A stretch of 56,410 bases of DNA. It comes from Bacteroidota bacterium. GTDB lineage: Bacteria; Bacteroidota; Ignavibacteria; UBA10030; UBA6906. Position 1 is the first letter of the stretch. Every line of letters starts with the position of its first letter. Below, in pieces: positions 9,501 to 17,778 of this stretch. Position numbers and translations under genes: made by a program. Location: the NCBI GenBank assembly GCA_017860635.1, contig JAGDMK010000035.1, positions 1-56,410 of the forward strand, in the 5' to 3' direction. The notes under the pieces were generated by a model, which saw only the letters and a list, made by a program, of their open reading frames with translations, did not search any database and was not told where the DNA came from.

Positions 9501-12500
9501 GCCGTGGCAGCGGTGGTGATCCTGTTTCCTCCAGAGAATGTCCCGCTCGGTCCGTTTGCGGGAGCCGTGAATGTTACAGTAACTCCGCCGACGGCATTCC
9601 CTGAGGAATCGGTAACGAGCGCTCCCAGAGGAAGCAGAAACGGCTGAGTGACCCTTGCGCTTTGGGGAGATCCTGCGGCAGTGCCAATCCGGGCAGGGAC
9701 ACCGTATGTATTGGTGAGGGAATAGGCCGCAGTCACCACGCCCGACGGGAGTGAAGCCTTTACGGTATATGTGCCTGCCAGAATGTTCGCGGTGAACAGG
9801 CCTGCAGTTGCGATGCCGTTGCTGTCTGTGGTCGCCGTGGATCCGCCGGCAGCAAATGTTCCACTTGCACCTGAATCCGGTGCTGTCCAGGTGACAGCGA
9901 CTCCTTTCGCCGGGTTTCCGGCTGCGTCCCTGACACGAGCCGCGAACCGGGTCGGGAAAGCAGTTCCGACGTGCGCGCTCTGGGGTGTCCCGGCAGTTGC
10001 GGTGATTGTCGCTGCCGCCCCTGCAACAACGGTCAACGTGCCCGACGTGGTTGCCGTCAAAGTTCCGGATGTCGCCCTGATGCGTGCGGTGCCAAGCAGC
10101 CGGCCCGTGAAGGTCGCGCTCTTTTTGTCAGCGCTCGCGACGAGGTCTCCGTCGACGACACTTCCGGTCTTGTTCTGGAGGCTCCAGGAGTCTGATGCAA
10201 GGTTGGAGATGAAGTTCCCAGCCGCATCTCGGCCGACCGCGTATACTGTGAGAGCAGAACCGGATGTGACGTTGCGGTCAGTAACGATGGTCCCGGTCCC
10301 GTTCGCGGCTGATTCGACGCGGACCTGTGTCGGAGTCCCGGCGACAACAACTGTGAGCGTCCCGGAGGCCACGGTACTGAGACCGCTCACGACGGCTCCG
10401 ACGACTGCCGTTCCCGTCAGCCTGCCTGTGAAGATTGCACTCTTCCGGTCGGCACTTGGTACGAGATCTGCAGGGACCACGCCGCCGGTGGAGCTGACCA
10501 ATGTCCAGGACCCCGCCGCAATGTTCAGAACGAAGTTGTCGTAGGTGTCACGTGCTATGGCGTGGAGTGTGATGAATGTTCCGGAGGTCACATTCTGGTT
10601 GCCGATGACCACGCCGCTGCCGTCGGCAGCATTTTCGACCCTCACCTTTGTGGCCAGGCTTGATGTGACGGAAAATGCTGTGCTGACAACATTCCCCGGG
10701 GTGGTGGATACGGTCGAACCCGTCGCCGTGAGCGTGTATCCGACACCCGCTTTGTCAATCGTAATACCGCTGAATGTCGCACGGCCGGTGGACTGGTTGA
10801 CTGTGACGCTTTTTGTGCCGAGAAGCGTCCCGCCTGGTCCCGCGTTATTCTGTATGGCTACTGTAACTGTCTGCGCGACACCGCTCACTGAATTTCCGAA
10901 CGCATCCTGAAGCGTGACCACTGGTTGCACGGCAAAGGCCGTCCCTGCAGTTCCGCCTCCGGGGCTTGTGGTAAATGCCAGTTTGTTTGCCGCGCCGGGC
11001 GTGATCGTGAATTCGTTGCTTGCGACGGACGTCAGGCCGGTGCTTGACGGCGTAAGCTTCTTGGCCCCGATAAGATTCAGGATGAGGTTCCCAAATGTCG
11101 CGAGGCCGTTCGCATCCGTAGGCTGGACAAGAGTTCCCGTCAGCGTTCCTGTTCCAGACGTCAGCGCGATGGAGACTGATACCCCCGACGTGCGGACATT
11201 GTTCCCCTGTGCGTCCTTCACTTGGATGGTTACCGCGGGTGAGATCGAAGCGCCGGCCACGGTATTGGTCGGCTGCTGTGTGAACTCAAGCCGGCTGGCT
11301 GGTCCGGCCGCAATGGTGAATGAGGCGCTGGTTGTGCTCACCAACCCGGAGCTTGAGGCAGAGAGCGTCTTGGTACCGGAGAGATTGATGCTCAGATCAG
11401 CAAATGTGGCAAGGCCGGTTGCATCAGTTGAGCGTGTTGTTGTACCACTCAAGACCCCTGTGCCGGAAGCGAGAGCGAGCGTAATGGGCGTTGCCTGTTC
11501 GGTGACGATGTTGCCAAGGGAGTCCCGCAGCTGGACGGTTACCGCCGGAGATATTGTCAATCCCGCCGCCGCATTGGTCGGCTGTTGGACGAAGGCAAAG
11601 GTCTTTGCCGGACCGGCAGCTATCGTGAAGGCGTTGCTTACCGCCGCCGTGAGGCTGCCGCTGGATGCTCGTAATGTTTTCGATCCCGTGAGGTTGATGC
11701 TCAGATTACTGAATGTGGCAACTCCCGAAGATGTGGTTCGCGTGAGCGTGCCGCTCAGGACTCCAGTACCGGAGGCCAGGGCCATGGTCACGGTCGTCCC
11801 CGTCGTCGTGACGCGGTTGCCAAATGCATCTGTGAGTGCAACAGTCACTGCCGGCGAAATGATTGCGCCCGCGGCGGTATTCAAAGGCTGCTGCACAAAT
11901 GACAGGCGCGCTGCCGCAGCCGGGTTGATCACAATATTCCTTGATGTGGCTGCGGTCAGTGCGCCGCTGCTGAAACGGATGGAAATGGTATCTGCCACGT
12001 TGTGAGAAAGGCTCGAATATCTCACGATTCCGCTGCTCGCAGTGGCGGTGAGGATTCCCTGTAGTGTTCCTGTCCCGGCCAATCGCTCTGCGGTGACAAC
12101 AGTGCTGTTATCAGTCGTCACGCGGTTTCCACCCGCGTCTTCGACATAGAGGACCGGTTGCTGCGAAAATGCCACCCCCGCGGTTGCCGATGAAGAAGGT
12201 TCAGTTGCAATGCGCAGCCGGACTGCGGGACCCAAGGTGATTGAGAAGGTGCTGCTTGTGGCGGATGTTAGTCCCGACGCTGCTGCCCTCACCTGCTTTG
12301 AGCCGATAAGATTGATGCTTATATCGTCGAACGTTGCCCGGCCCGACGTATTTGTTGAACGTGTGGTCGTTCCGCTGAGAGTTCCAGTTCCCGATGAGAG
12401 GGTGAGAGTGACAGCGAGGCCGGCCTGGGCAATATCTTTTCCGGATTTGTCCCTGATCTGAACCGTGATCGCAGGTGTAATCAGTTCCGTAGCTCGGGTG

Positions 12501-12610
12501 GTCGTCGGTTGTTGCACGAAAGCGAGGTTGTTGGCGGTGGGCTCGAGAATAGTCTGGGCTGAATCCAATGAACGCGTTTGTGCATTGCTCTGCACAGAGC
12601 ACAAAGGCAA
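6587..12610 (-). CDS. Giant T9SS-secreted surface protein (adhesin-like) with tandem Ig-like domains, Big_1-like domains, 2 IPT/TIG, FN3, an unassigned ~500-aa module and a C-terminal sorting domain
   Basis: A 2007-aa ORF with these parts:
- About 7 repeats of a ~95-aa module (..FVQQPT..ISPAVTVQ..D..GN......LASGTG.LSGT......G.ATF..LSINL.G.K.L..).
- Three invasin/Big_1-like modules (GTPQSA.VG..F.....V.D..GNP..GV.V.FTAP.SGASG.F).
- Two IPT/TIG modules (PVIAKISPSVGRRGQSLSVTVTGSGF..; PGLTSLNPNSGTVLQQLKLVVIGTEF..).
- One FN3 module.
- A T9SS CTD (FPNPFNPTTTIPVAV....GVYLIRLTTDVGRHFTGKMLLMR).
The track start is a TTG with no signal peptide. A signal-peptide-like ATG ORF (12641, MKSLQGSTGIFAFVLC..) sits in the +1 frame; see the findings. 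Confidence 0.85.
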   Translation of the reverse strand: MPLCSVQSNAQTRSLDSAQTILEPTANNLAFVQQPTTTRATELITPAITVQIRDKSGKDIAQAGLAVTLTLSSGTGTLSGTTTRSTNTSGRATFDDISINLIGSKQVRAAASGLTSATSSTFSITLGPAVRLRIATEPSSSATAGVAFSQQPVLYVEDAGGNRVTTDNSTVVTAERLAGTGTLQGILTATASSGIVRYSSLSHNVADTISIRFSSGALTAATSRNIVINPAAAARLSFVQQPLNTAAGAIISPAVTVALTDAFGNRVTTTGTTVTMALASGTGVLSGTLTRTTSSGVATFSNLSINLTGSKTLRASSGSLTAAVSNAFTIAAGPAKTFAFVQQPTNAAAGLTISPAVTVQLRDSLGNIVTEQATPITLALASGTGVLSGTTTRSTDATGLATFADLSINLSGTKTLSASSSGLVSTTSASFTIAAGPASRLEFTQQPTNTVAGASISPAVTIQVKDAQGNNVRTSGVSVSIALTSGTGTLTGTLVQPTDANGLATFGNLILNLIGAKKLTPSSTGLTSVASNEFTITPGAANKLAFTTSPGGGTAGTAFAVQPVVTLQDAFGNSVSGVAQTVTVAIQNNAGPGGTLLGTKSVTVNQSTGRATFSGITIDKAGVGYTLTATGSTVSTTPGNVVSTAFSVTSSLATKVRVENAADGSGVVIGNQNVTSGTFITLHAIARDTYDNFVLNIAAGSWTLVSSTGGVVPADLVPSADRKSAIFTGRLTGTAVVGAVVSGLSTVASGTLTVVVAGTPTQVRVESAANGTGTIVTDRNVTSGSALTVYAVGRDAAGNFISNLASDSWSLQNKTGSVVDGDLVASADKKSATFTGRLLGTARIRATSGTLTATTSGTLTVVAGAAATITATAGTPQSAHVGTAFPTRFAARVRDAAGNPAKGVAVTWTAPDSGASGTFAAGGSTATTDSNGIATAGLFTANILAGTYTVKASLPSGVVTAAYSLTNTYGVPARIGTAAGSPQSARVTQPFLLPLGALVTDSSGNAVGGVTVTFTAPANGPSGTFSGGNRITTAATAASGIATAPTFFANSFVGTYQVVATATGIPNGAAFDLTNTSGSPGKILAATGTPQSTVVGTPFTTDLKAIVQDSSGNPLSGVRVIFTAPASGASGRFVKGLADSAMTDATGTANASPLTANGVVGTFTVLAQALGVASPASFVLTNQTGSVDTFLIDAAGGGSIGTKIAQVPFQIRIRANDRFGNVATSFSGTADISSNGVLAPAGTKTSTFSAGVLASHTVTMQQSGRFVLMATRTGGAEIGRSDTFDVFNPAPVIAKISPSVGRRGQSLSVTVTGSGFLTGVTTASFGNKIATSTTVVSDTAMTVTIDIDTAATVGNRDVHVFNGAPGGGVATLAYAFQVINNPAPGLTSLNPNSGTVLQQLKLVVIGTEFYEDITRLNLGTGIEVDSMSFDSTTRLTATIQIAASAAGGTRQVFVSNDPPGGGTSQSLAFVVTAPVTPYPVPEAPVEDAPGIDTVVVFRWHSWLATGITYHLQVSTSSTFATTVVDDSTVADTSKQVTSLARGVKHYWRVFARNAVGTSEPSPTRSFTPSFVYPSSIEVADSIWFPTYASGGDYKPREYRLVGLPGNCGVPINTLLPGTKEVDWVVYWDNGATSNYLVPFDGTPTFTFTPGRAFWVLNRGPMKIKTTIPTIPLDSTRSVMIPLHPGWNTITNPFLSPIQWSSVESANGAIDLPDIWTYAGSFTRSSVLMPCVGYLYDNADNRAVLRIPLGWAAAKSPATDDPATWRIRIQLSSGDVTDAATSIGVSPKADRGRDLFDLRMPRGVGQEPGVFFERTGWDPDGSVFATDIKTTVDAIETWPMSVRAGVREQAQLSFSGMGDVPGEYRILLIDDEHSRLLDLRNDSVYSFTPARPVSQFRVVVGTQEATQTVLDDLLPKEFALGTNFPNPFNPTTTIPVAVPRASAVALTLYTILGEEVRTLFKGTLETGRHWFVWDGKDSRGLSVASGVYLIRLTTDVGRHFTGKMLLMR

Positions 12611-12788
12611 AGATCCCTGTGGAGCCCTGAAGGCTTTTCATGTCATGGTTGTGTTGCTCTACAGCGAAAACGGATTACGGATTTGGAGGAAGGGAGGAGT
12701 CTGCAAGTATTCGGTCTATGGGCCGAGGAAGGATGCCTGGCAGTTGGCCGTTCTTCCCCCCGTGCCCAAGGCCGACCGGCACAGGTGA

Positions 12789-12817
12789 AATTTACTATCG
12801 TGAGGCGTTAATGTCAA
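12789..12817 (-). promoter_or_regulatory. Candidate sigma-70-type promoter for the giant adhesin gene (TTGACA-N17-TAAATT)
   Basis: The minus strand reads TTGACA (12817-12812), a 17-nt spacer, then TAAATT (12794-12789). This lies about 150 nt upstream of ATG 12641. The -35 box is embedded in the shared motif AACGGAATATTGAC. Confidence 0.35.
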
Positions 12818-13087
12818 TATTCCGTTGAACCATGCGAAACTGTCAGCCCCCCTCGTCAACCCTCGGCAAGCTGTTTCTCGGGAAATTCTGCTCTTTTTGG
12901 ACAAGTAGCCAGTCTGTCACTCATGTCTGCCTCTTTGCAGCAGTGTGTTCCACATCACAGGTTCAAGCCCGGCTTGAGGCTGGGCTCATTGAACCAGCGT
13001 GTTGCGTTTTGAGTTGTACCGTTGTATGTTGCTGCTCAGGCAGTATGATGCACCTTGGCTCCTGTTACAGCAGAAAGGAAAAACTCC

Positions 13088-13255
13088 ATGCGCACAGCCC
13101 AGGTCGTTATCTTCTGGCTTGGGGTTCTCGCGTTTGTTTCCTCGGCATTCTTCATTGGGCAGGGAATGGGCGACACACTCTGGCGTGTCGGAGTGGCCGC
13201 AATGATGACTGATTTCGTGTGCACAAGGCTGTGGCCTGCTCCCAAAAACATGTAA
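13088..13255 (+). CDS. Small hypothetical membrane protein (55 aa, two hydrophobic segments)
   Basis: ATG 13088 lies inside ORF 13055..13255, with AAAGGA about 9 nt upstream. The sequence is MRTAQVVIFWLGVLAFVSSAFFIGQGMGDTLWRVGVAAMMTDFVCTRLW. There is no recognisable family, so this is weakly supported. Confidence 0.3.
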   Translation: MRTAQVVIFWLGVLAFVSSAFFIGQGMGDTLWRVGVAAMMTDFVCTRLWPAPKNM

Positions 13256-13337
13256 GAAGTGAGGAGCTGCTCTGCCGGGAATCTTCGGGGACTCTGTCGC
13301 CAACACTCCTGTGAACTGTCGATGTGGTGCTTCTGCA

Positions 13338-14291
13338 CTACATGAACCACTTCTTCCTGCCATGCACCACATCACCAAACCGCCGCATGAAGACCATCTC
13401 TTCCTCGTCGAGCGGACCTTTCCGTACAGCGGCGAGATTCTCTTCGAACTCCGCAAGTGACCGAGGGGCAGTCAGCGTGACCCCCACTGCAGGATTATTC
13501 AGCACGAACCGGTAGGTCATGCCTGCGGAAGGAACAGGTTGATCAGCGGGCCAGCCTTTCCCCCCGCGCAGGAGGTATGTCCATCGCGTGGCGGTATAGC
13601 TTACAATGCCGGGATTGTGAGTTGCGAGGTGCGGAAAGATATCCGTTTCCGCTCCCCGGTGCGCTGCATTGTACCGGATCATCAGCACATCCAGAACGCC
13701 TTCACGTGCGAGCTGGCCGGCAAACGCGCGGTTGTGAGTAGAGATCCCGATCCAGCGCGCTTTTCCCTCCTCACGCAGCTTCACCATGTCCTCCAGCACA
13801 CGCAGAGGAAATTCCTTCGGTTTCATCACCCCGAGAAACATCAGCACATCCAGGTACTCGGTGTCAAACTGCCGGAGCCGCTTCTCCGTTGCCTTGCGCA
13901 GATTCGAGTGGGCGAAGATATAGTTGTATGCACCTGTGGCCAGGAGTACCTGTTCTCTGCGGGTCTTCATCACCTCGCGGAGCGCAGTGGTCATCTGGGA
14001 ATCGAAGCCATAGGCGAAGAAGTAGTTCACACCCTCATCCACGGCGCGGAAAACAGTCTCCCGGCCAGGACGATAGGAGGCAGAGAGTCCGAGACGAAAA
14101 ACGGGTTGATTGGTGCGGCCAAGGGTGGTGTGGAGATAATCGGAAATCACGGTACCCTCATTGAAGGGGTGGGAGGGAGAACGATCATCGTCAATCTGCT
14201 TGCAAGCTGTGGCAACAGCAATTGTACCTATCCCCAAGCCTATAATCAAGCGATTGGAACCCTGGGCCAATAGTAAAGCGATTGGAACCAT
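13338..14291 (-). CDS. Aldo/keto reductase family oxidoreductase (start uncertain)
   Basis: AKR-like blocks are present: GVNYFFAYGFDSQ, ARWIGISTHNR, LMIRYNAAHRGAE. The first ~20 codons of the ATG-14291 model are built from the 14236-14344 direct repeats. An alternative start is GTG 14150, with GAGGG 4 nt upstream. It gives VISDYLHTTLGRTNQPVFRLGLSA.., a typical AKR N-terminus. Confidence 0.75.
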   Translation of the reverse strand: MVPIALLLAQGSNRLIIGLGIGTIAVATACKQIDDDRSPSHPFNEGTVISDYLHTTLGRTNQPVFRLGLSASYRPGRETVFRAVDEGVNYFFAYGFDSQMTTALREVMKTRREQVLLATGAYNYIFAHSNLRKATEKRLRQFDTEYLDVLMFLGVMKPKEFPLRVLEDMVKLREEGKARWIGISTHNRAFAGQLAREGVLDVLMIRYNAAHRGAETDIFPHLATHNPGIVSYTATRWTYLLRGGKGWPADQPVPSAGMTYRFVLNNPAVGVTLTAPRSLAEFEENLAAVRKGPLDEEEMVFMRRFGDVVHGRKKWFM

Positions 14292-14344
14292 AAGCCTATA
14301 ATCAAGGATTGGAACCCTGGACAGTTAGTCTAGCGATTGGAACC
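14236..14344. repeat. Direct-repeat array: four GATTGGAACC cores at 27-28-nt spacing, organised as two copies of a 55/56-nt unit
   Basis: The core occurs at 14252-14261, 14280-14289, 14307-14316 and 14335-14344. The longer unit AAGCCTATAATCAAG(C)GATTGGAACCCTGG occurs at 14236-14265 and 14292-14320. The array lies in the divergent region between the AKR gene and the sensor kinase gene. Confidence 0.85.
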
Positions 14345-14595
14345 ATTGGCCGGTGAGCGCTGTTAAGCTATGGGTACAAGCTTGACTGTCACCCACGATT
14401 TCCGCATAGTGTGGGGTAACGTTTTCTCCTGTTCTCTCTATTTGAAAGCGCGATGTGATGCTCGGAGACACCCTGGCTCTTCTCCCGATCACTCCCCCCT
14501 TCCCGGGCATCGCATTCCTCCCATTCCGGCCCATTCGGGTCCGTTGTACTAGCCCAGCTCCAAACCGACATCCACTTCCCGAGGGACACATTCCC

Positions 14596-17500
14596 ATGCG
14601 GATCACCCCGCCCGCTCTGTCACGACGTTGGTTGTCGTATGTGGTGCTCTTTGTGCTTTGCCTGATGGCCACATCCGGTCTTGCCCAGCGGAAGTCCATC
14701 AAGCAGTACGTCCACCAAACCTGGACGGCCGACGACGGCCTCCCGCAAAACTCCGCGGCGAGCATTCTGCAGTCCCGGGACGGATACATCTGGTTCGCCA
14801 CGCAGGAGGGGCTGGCCCGCTTCGACGGAGTGGAATTCAGAGTGTTCGACCGGCGGAATACCAAGGAACTCCCCGCTTCCTGGTACGTCCGCATGAAGGA
14901 AGACAGTGCCGGGGCACTCTGGCTGCGACCCACAGGCTTTGCTCCGGGCATCGTCCGCTATCATGACGGGGTGTTCACGAGTTTCGATACGTCGAACGTG
15001 CTACCTCACAATCGCACCATCACATGGGAGATCGACAAACACGGGACGATGTGGATCGGCACGCTGGGCGGACTCTTCGAGTCTAAGAATGGAAAGTACC
15101 GGACTTACACCGTCAAGGATGGACTCCCCGGCGACACGGTCTTCGGACTGGGTCTGGACAGCAAGGAGAATCTCTGGATCAGTACCTCGCAGGGTCTGGC
15201 CCGGCTCACTTCAGGAAAGCTCGAGAGGATGACGGGGCTGAAGGAATTTCCCGACACAACGTTCCTGCGACTGAATGGGCCGTCCAACTGCTTTGAAGAT
15301 CGCCGCGGCACACTCTGGATGATCAAGGAGGACCGCGAAGGAAGCCTCTGGCTTGCAACGGGAAAAGGGATAGCGCGTTTCTCAGACGGGGCGTTCGAGC
15401 GGTACGACCATGCGGATGGGCTTTCGGACAACACCGTTCAGGACCTCCTGATCGATCGGGAGGGCAGCATCTGGGTCGGAACGAATGGCGGTGGTGTTGA
15501 CCGGTTTCGGGATGAGAAGTTTGTGACCTACTCATCCAAGGTGGGTCTCAACTACGACATGGTGAACACGACCCTTGAGGATCGCACCGGCGCGATCTGG
15601 ATCGGGACTTCGTTCGGCGGAATCAACAGACTGAAGGACGGCGTCATTACCGTGTTCGACAACAAGAAGGGCCCTCCGCTCATCGGAGCCCGCGCACTCG
15701 GGGAGGACGCTGAAGGGACGATCTGGATCGGCACAACCCGGGGCCTCTACACGCTCAAGAACGAAACGATCACCATGCGGTCCCGAATAGTGAACGGCGA
15801 ACCGGACATCTTGCCGGGCGCGTTCCTCCTTACAAAGGCGGGTCAATGGCTCATGGGTTCCCGGGATACATTGTTCTCGTACAAAAACAAGAAATTTACA
15901 CGGATAGCAACCGTCGGCAAACCGGGCGTTCGCGGCGACTTCATCGGGCAGCTCTTCGAGGACAGGCAGGGCACGTTGTGGATCGCTACGGAGAATCAGT
16001 TGTACAGGTTCAAAGGAGGAACTCCTGAGGCCATCGGCCTGGACCAGGGATTCACCGGTGGTTCGGTCAATGCCATGTATGAGGATCAGGAGGGAGTGAT
16101 CTGGATGGGTGCTTCGGACAATGGTCTCTTCCGGTACAAAGACGGGAAGTTCGCCTCCATCTCACCTCGCCAGGGACTGTTCGATTATCTCGCGTTCACG
16201 GTGTTTGAAGATGACGCCGGATATCTCTGGATGTCATGCAACAGGGGGGTATACCGGGTCAGCAAGCAGGAACTCAACAATGTGGCTGATGGGAAGGCCG
16301 AGTCTGTTACCTGCACTGCGTACGGGACAGCCGACGGGATGGAAAGCCGGGAATGCAATGGAGGATATTCACCATCCGGATGCAAGCTGCGGGATGGAAG
16401 ACTCTGCTTTGTGACCACCAGGGGTCTTGCAGTCGTGAACCCTGCGGACATCCGTATCAACAACGTTCCTCCGCCCGTCGTGATCGACCGGTTCCTGGTG
16501 GAAGGGGAACGGCAGCCTTCGACGGAAAGCGTCCGGGTGCCGGCGGGAAAAAGCAGATTTGAATTCCATTATGCCGGGATCAGTTTCACCGGCTCGAATG
16601 ATGTCCGGTACAGGTATCAACTATCCGGACTCGACAAAGGGTGGATCGATGCCGGTTCGCGCCGCGATGCGTACTATACGCATCTCGATCCGGGCGAGTA
16701 CACATTCCGCGTCATTGCAGCCAACAGCGACGGCATTTGGAACGAAGCGGGCGCGTCCGCGAGCTTCGTGCTGGAACCGCACTTCTACCAGACCGCATGG
16801 TTCATCGGACTTGTGGCCTTCGCCTTCCTGACTGCGGGACCTTCCTTCTATTTTTACCGGATGCGGAGCATGAAGCGGAGGCGGGCGGAGCTGGAACACC
16901 TCGTGCAGGAAAGGACAGGAGAGCTTCAGAAAACCCTGAACAATCTCAAGGAGACTCAAAACCAGCTTGTGCTCTCCGAAAAGATGGCATCACTGGGGCA
17001 ACTCACTGCCGGGATCGCCCATGAAATCAAGAATCCTCTGAACTTCATCACGAACTTTTCGGTGCTCTCGCACGACCTCACGAAGGACCTCCGCAAGGAG
17101 CTTGCCGCGGAGAGGGACCGTGTGGATCCCCAGAGGGCTGCCGAAATCGAGAGTCTCCTGAGTGATCTGGAACAGAACGTGGCGAAAATCAATGAACATG
17201 GGAAGCGTGCCGACAGCATCGTCAGGGGCATGCTGCTCCATTCACGGGGCAAATCGGGAGAACGGCAGGAGACCGATCTGAACGCCTTACTCGCCGAATA
17301 TACGAACCTGGCGTACCATGGCATGAGGGCACAGGACCAGACGTTCAACGTAAAGATTGAGACCGACTTCGATCCCACGGTCGGCAAGGTGAGTGTCGTC
17401 CCGCAGGACCTGAGCAGGGCTTTCCTGAATATCGTGAACAACGCCTGCTATGCTGCGAACGACAAGAAGCGATCACTGAAGAATGGCTTTGTTCCCATTG

Positions 17501-17778
17501 TGCGTGTGAGCGCGAAGAGCCTTCCAGGAAGTATCGAAATACGCATCAGAGACAACGGAAACGGAATTCCGCAATCCGTGCGGGACAAGATCTTCAACCC
17601 GTTCTTCACTACGAAGCCCGCCGGCGCGGGGACGGGACTCGGCCTTTCCCTCTCCTATGACATCATCACGCAGGAACACAGGGGCGAGATCAATGTGGAT
17701 ACGAAAGAAGGGGAGTACACGGAGTTCATCATCACCATACCCCGGAACCCCACGAACGAGAAAGGAATTCGGGCATGA
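14596..17778 (+). CDS. Sensor histidine kinase with a large periplasmic two-component-regulator beta-propeller / Y_Y_Y sensor
   Basis: ORF 14455..17778, with the start moved to ATG 14596, which has GAGGGA upstream and a signal/TM segment (LSYVVLFVLCLMATSGLAQ). It contains repeated Reg_prop-type blocks (DGLPQNSAASILQSRDGYIWFATQEGLARFDG and others) and a YYY-like region (FEFHYAGISFTGSNDVRYRYQLSGLDKGW). A TM helix follows, then a coiled coil, the H-box GIAHEIKNPL, and the HATPase N and G boxes (NIVNNACYA; DNGNGIP; GTGLGLSLSYDI). Confidence 0.85.
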   Translation: MRITPPALSRRWLSYVVLFVLCLMATSGLAQRKSIKQYVHQTWTADDGLPQNSAASILQSRDGYIWFATQEGLARFDGVEFRVFDRRNTKELPASWYVRMKEDSAGALWLRPTGFAPGIVRYHDGVFTSFDTSNVLPHNRTITWEIDKHGTMWIGTLGGLFESKNGKYRTYTVKDGLPGDTVFGLGLDSKENLWISTSQGLARLTSGKLERMTGLKEFPDTTFLRLNGPSNCFEDRRGTLWMIKEDREGSLWLATGKGIARFSDGAFERYDHADGLSDNTVQDLLIDREGSIWVGTNGGGVDRFRDEKFVTYSSKVGLNYDMVNTTLEDRTGAIWIGTSFGGINRLKDGVITVFDNKKGPPLIGARALGEDAEGTIWIGTTRGLYTLKNETITMRSRIVNGEPDILPGAFLLTKAGQWLMGSRDTLFSYKNKKFTRIATVGKPGVRGDFIGQLFEDRQGTLWIATENQLYRFKGGTPEAIGLDQGFTGGSVNAMYEDQEGVIWMGASDNGLFRYKDGKFASISPRQGLFDYLAFTVFEDDAGYLWMSCNRGVYRVSKQELNNVADGKAESVTCTAYGTADGMESRECNGGYSPSGCKLRDGRLCFVTTRGLAVVNPADIRINNVPPPVVIDRFLVEGERQPSTESVRVPAGKSRFEFHYAGISFTGSNDVRYRYQLSGLDKGWIDAGSRRDAYYTHLDPGEYTFRVIAANSDGIWNEAGASASFVLEPHFYQTAWFIGLVAFAFLTAGPSFYFYRMRSMKRRRAELEHLVQERTGELQKTLNNLKETQNQLVLSEKMASLGQLTAGIAHEIKNPLNFITNFSVLSHDLTKDLRKELAAERDRVDPQRAAEIESLLSDLEQNVAKINEHGKRADSIVRGMLLHSRGKSGERQETDLNALLAEYTNLAYHGMRAQDQTFNVKIETDFDPTVGKVSVVPQDLSRAFLNIVNNACYAANDKKRSLKNGFVPIVRVSAKSLPGSIEIRIRDNGNGIPQSVRDKIFNPFFTTKPAGAGTGLGLSLSYDIITQEHRGEINVDTKEGEYTEFIITIPRNPTNEKGIRA

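Noticed and set aside
8436-12005. A series of plus-strand ORFs (209, 193, 257, 121 and 363 aa) opposite the giant adhesin gene.
   Set aside because: They give Ala/Val/Pro/Thr-rich low-complexity translations with no motifs. This is the typical antisense openness of GC-rich, repeat-encoding DNA. The minus-strand gene has clear domain architecture.
14236-14344. I considered a mini CRISPR array, because of the 10-nt cores with ~28-nt periodicity.
   Set aside because: There are only four copies and the cores are far too short. Alternate 'spacers' are near-identical, so it is a tandem duplication. No cas genes or leader are present.
14455-14595. N-terminal extensions of ORF-track models: the kinase from 14455, the TBDR from 19799, GH2 from 30553, the peptidase up to 42236, the lipoprotein from 42025 and the hypothetical from 46077.
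   Set aside because: The extensions lack signal peptides, overlap upstream genes or promoters, or start at non-ATG codons. Internal ATGs with an SD-like sequence are followed immediately by signal peptides or lipoboxes.
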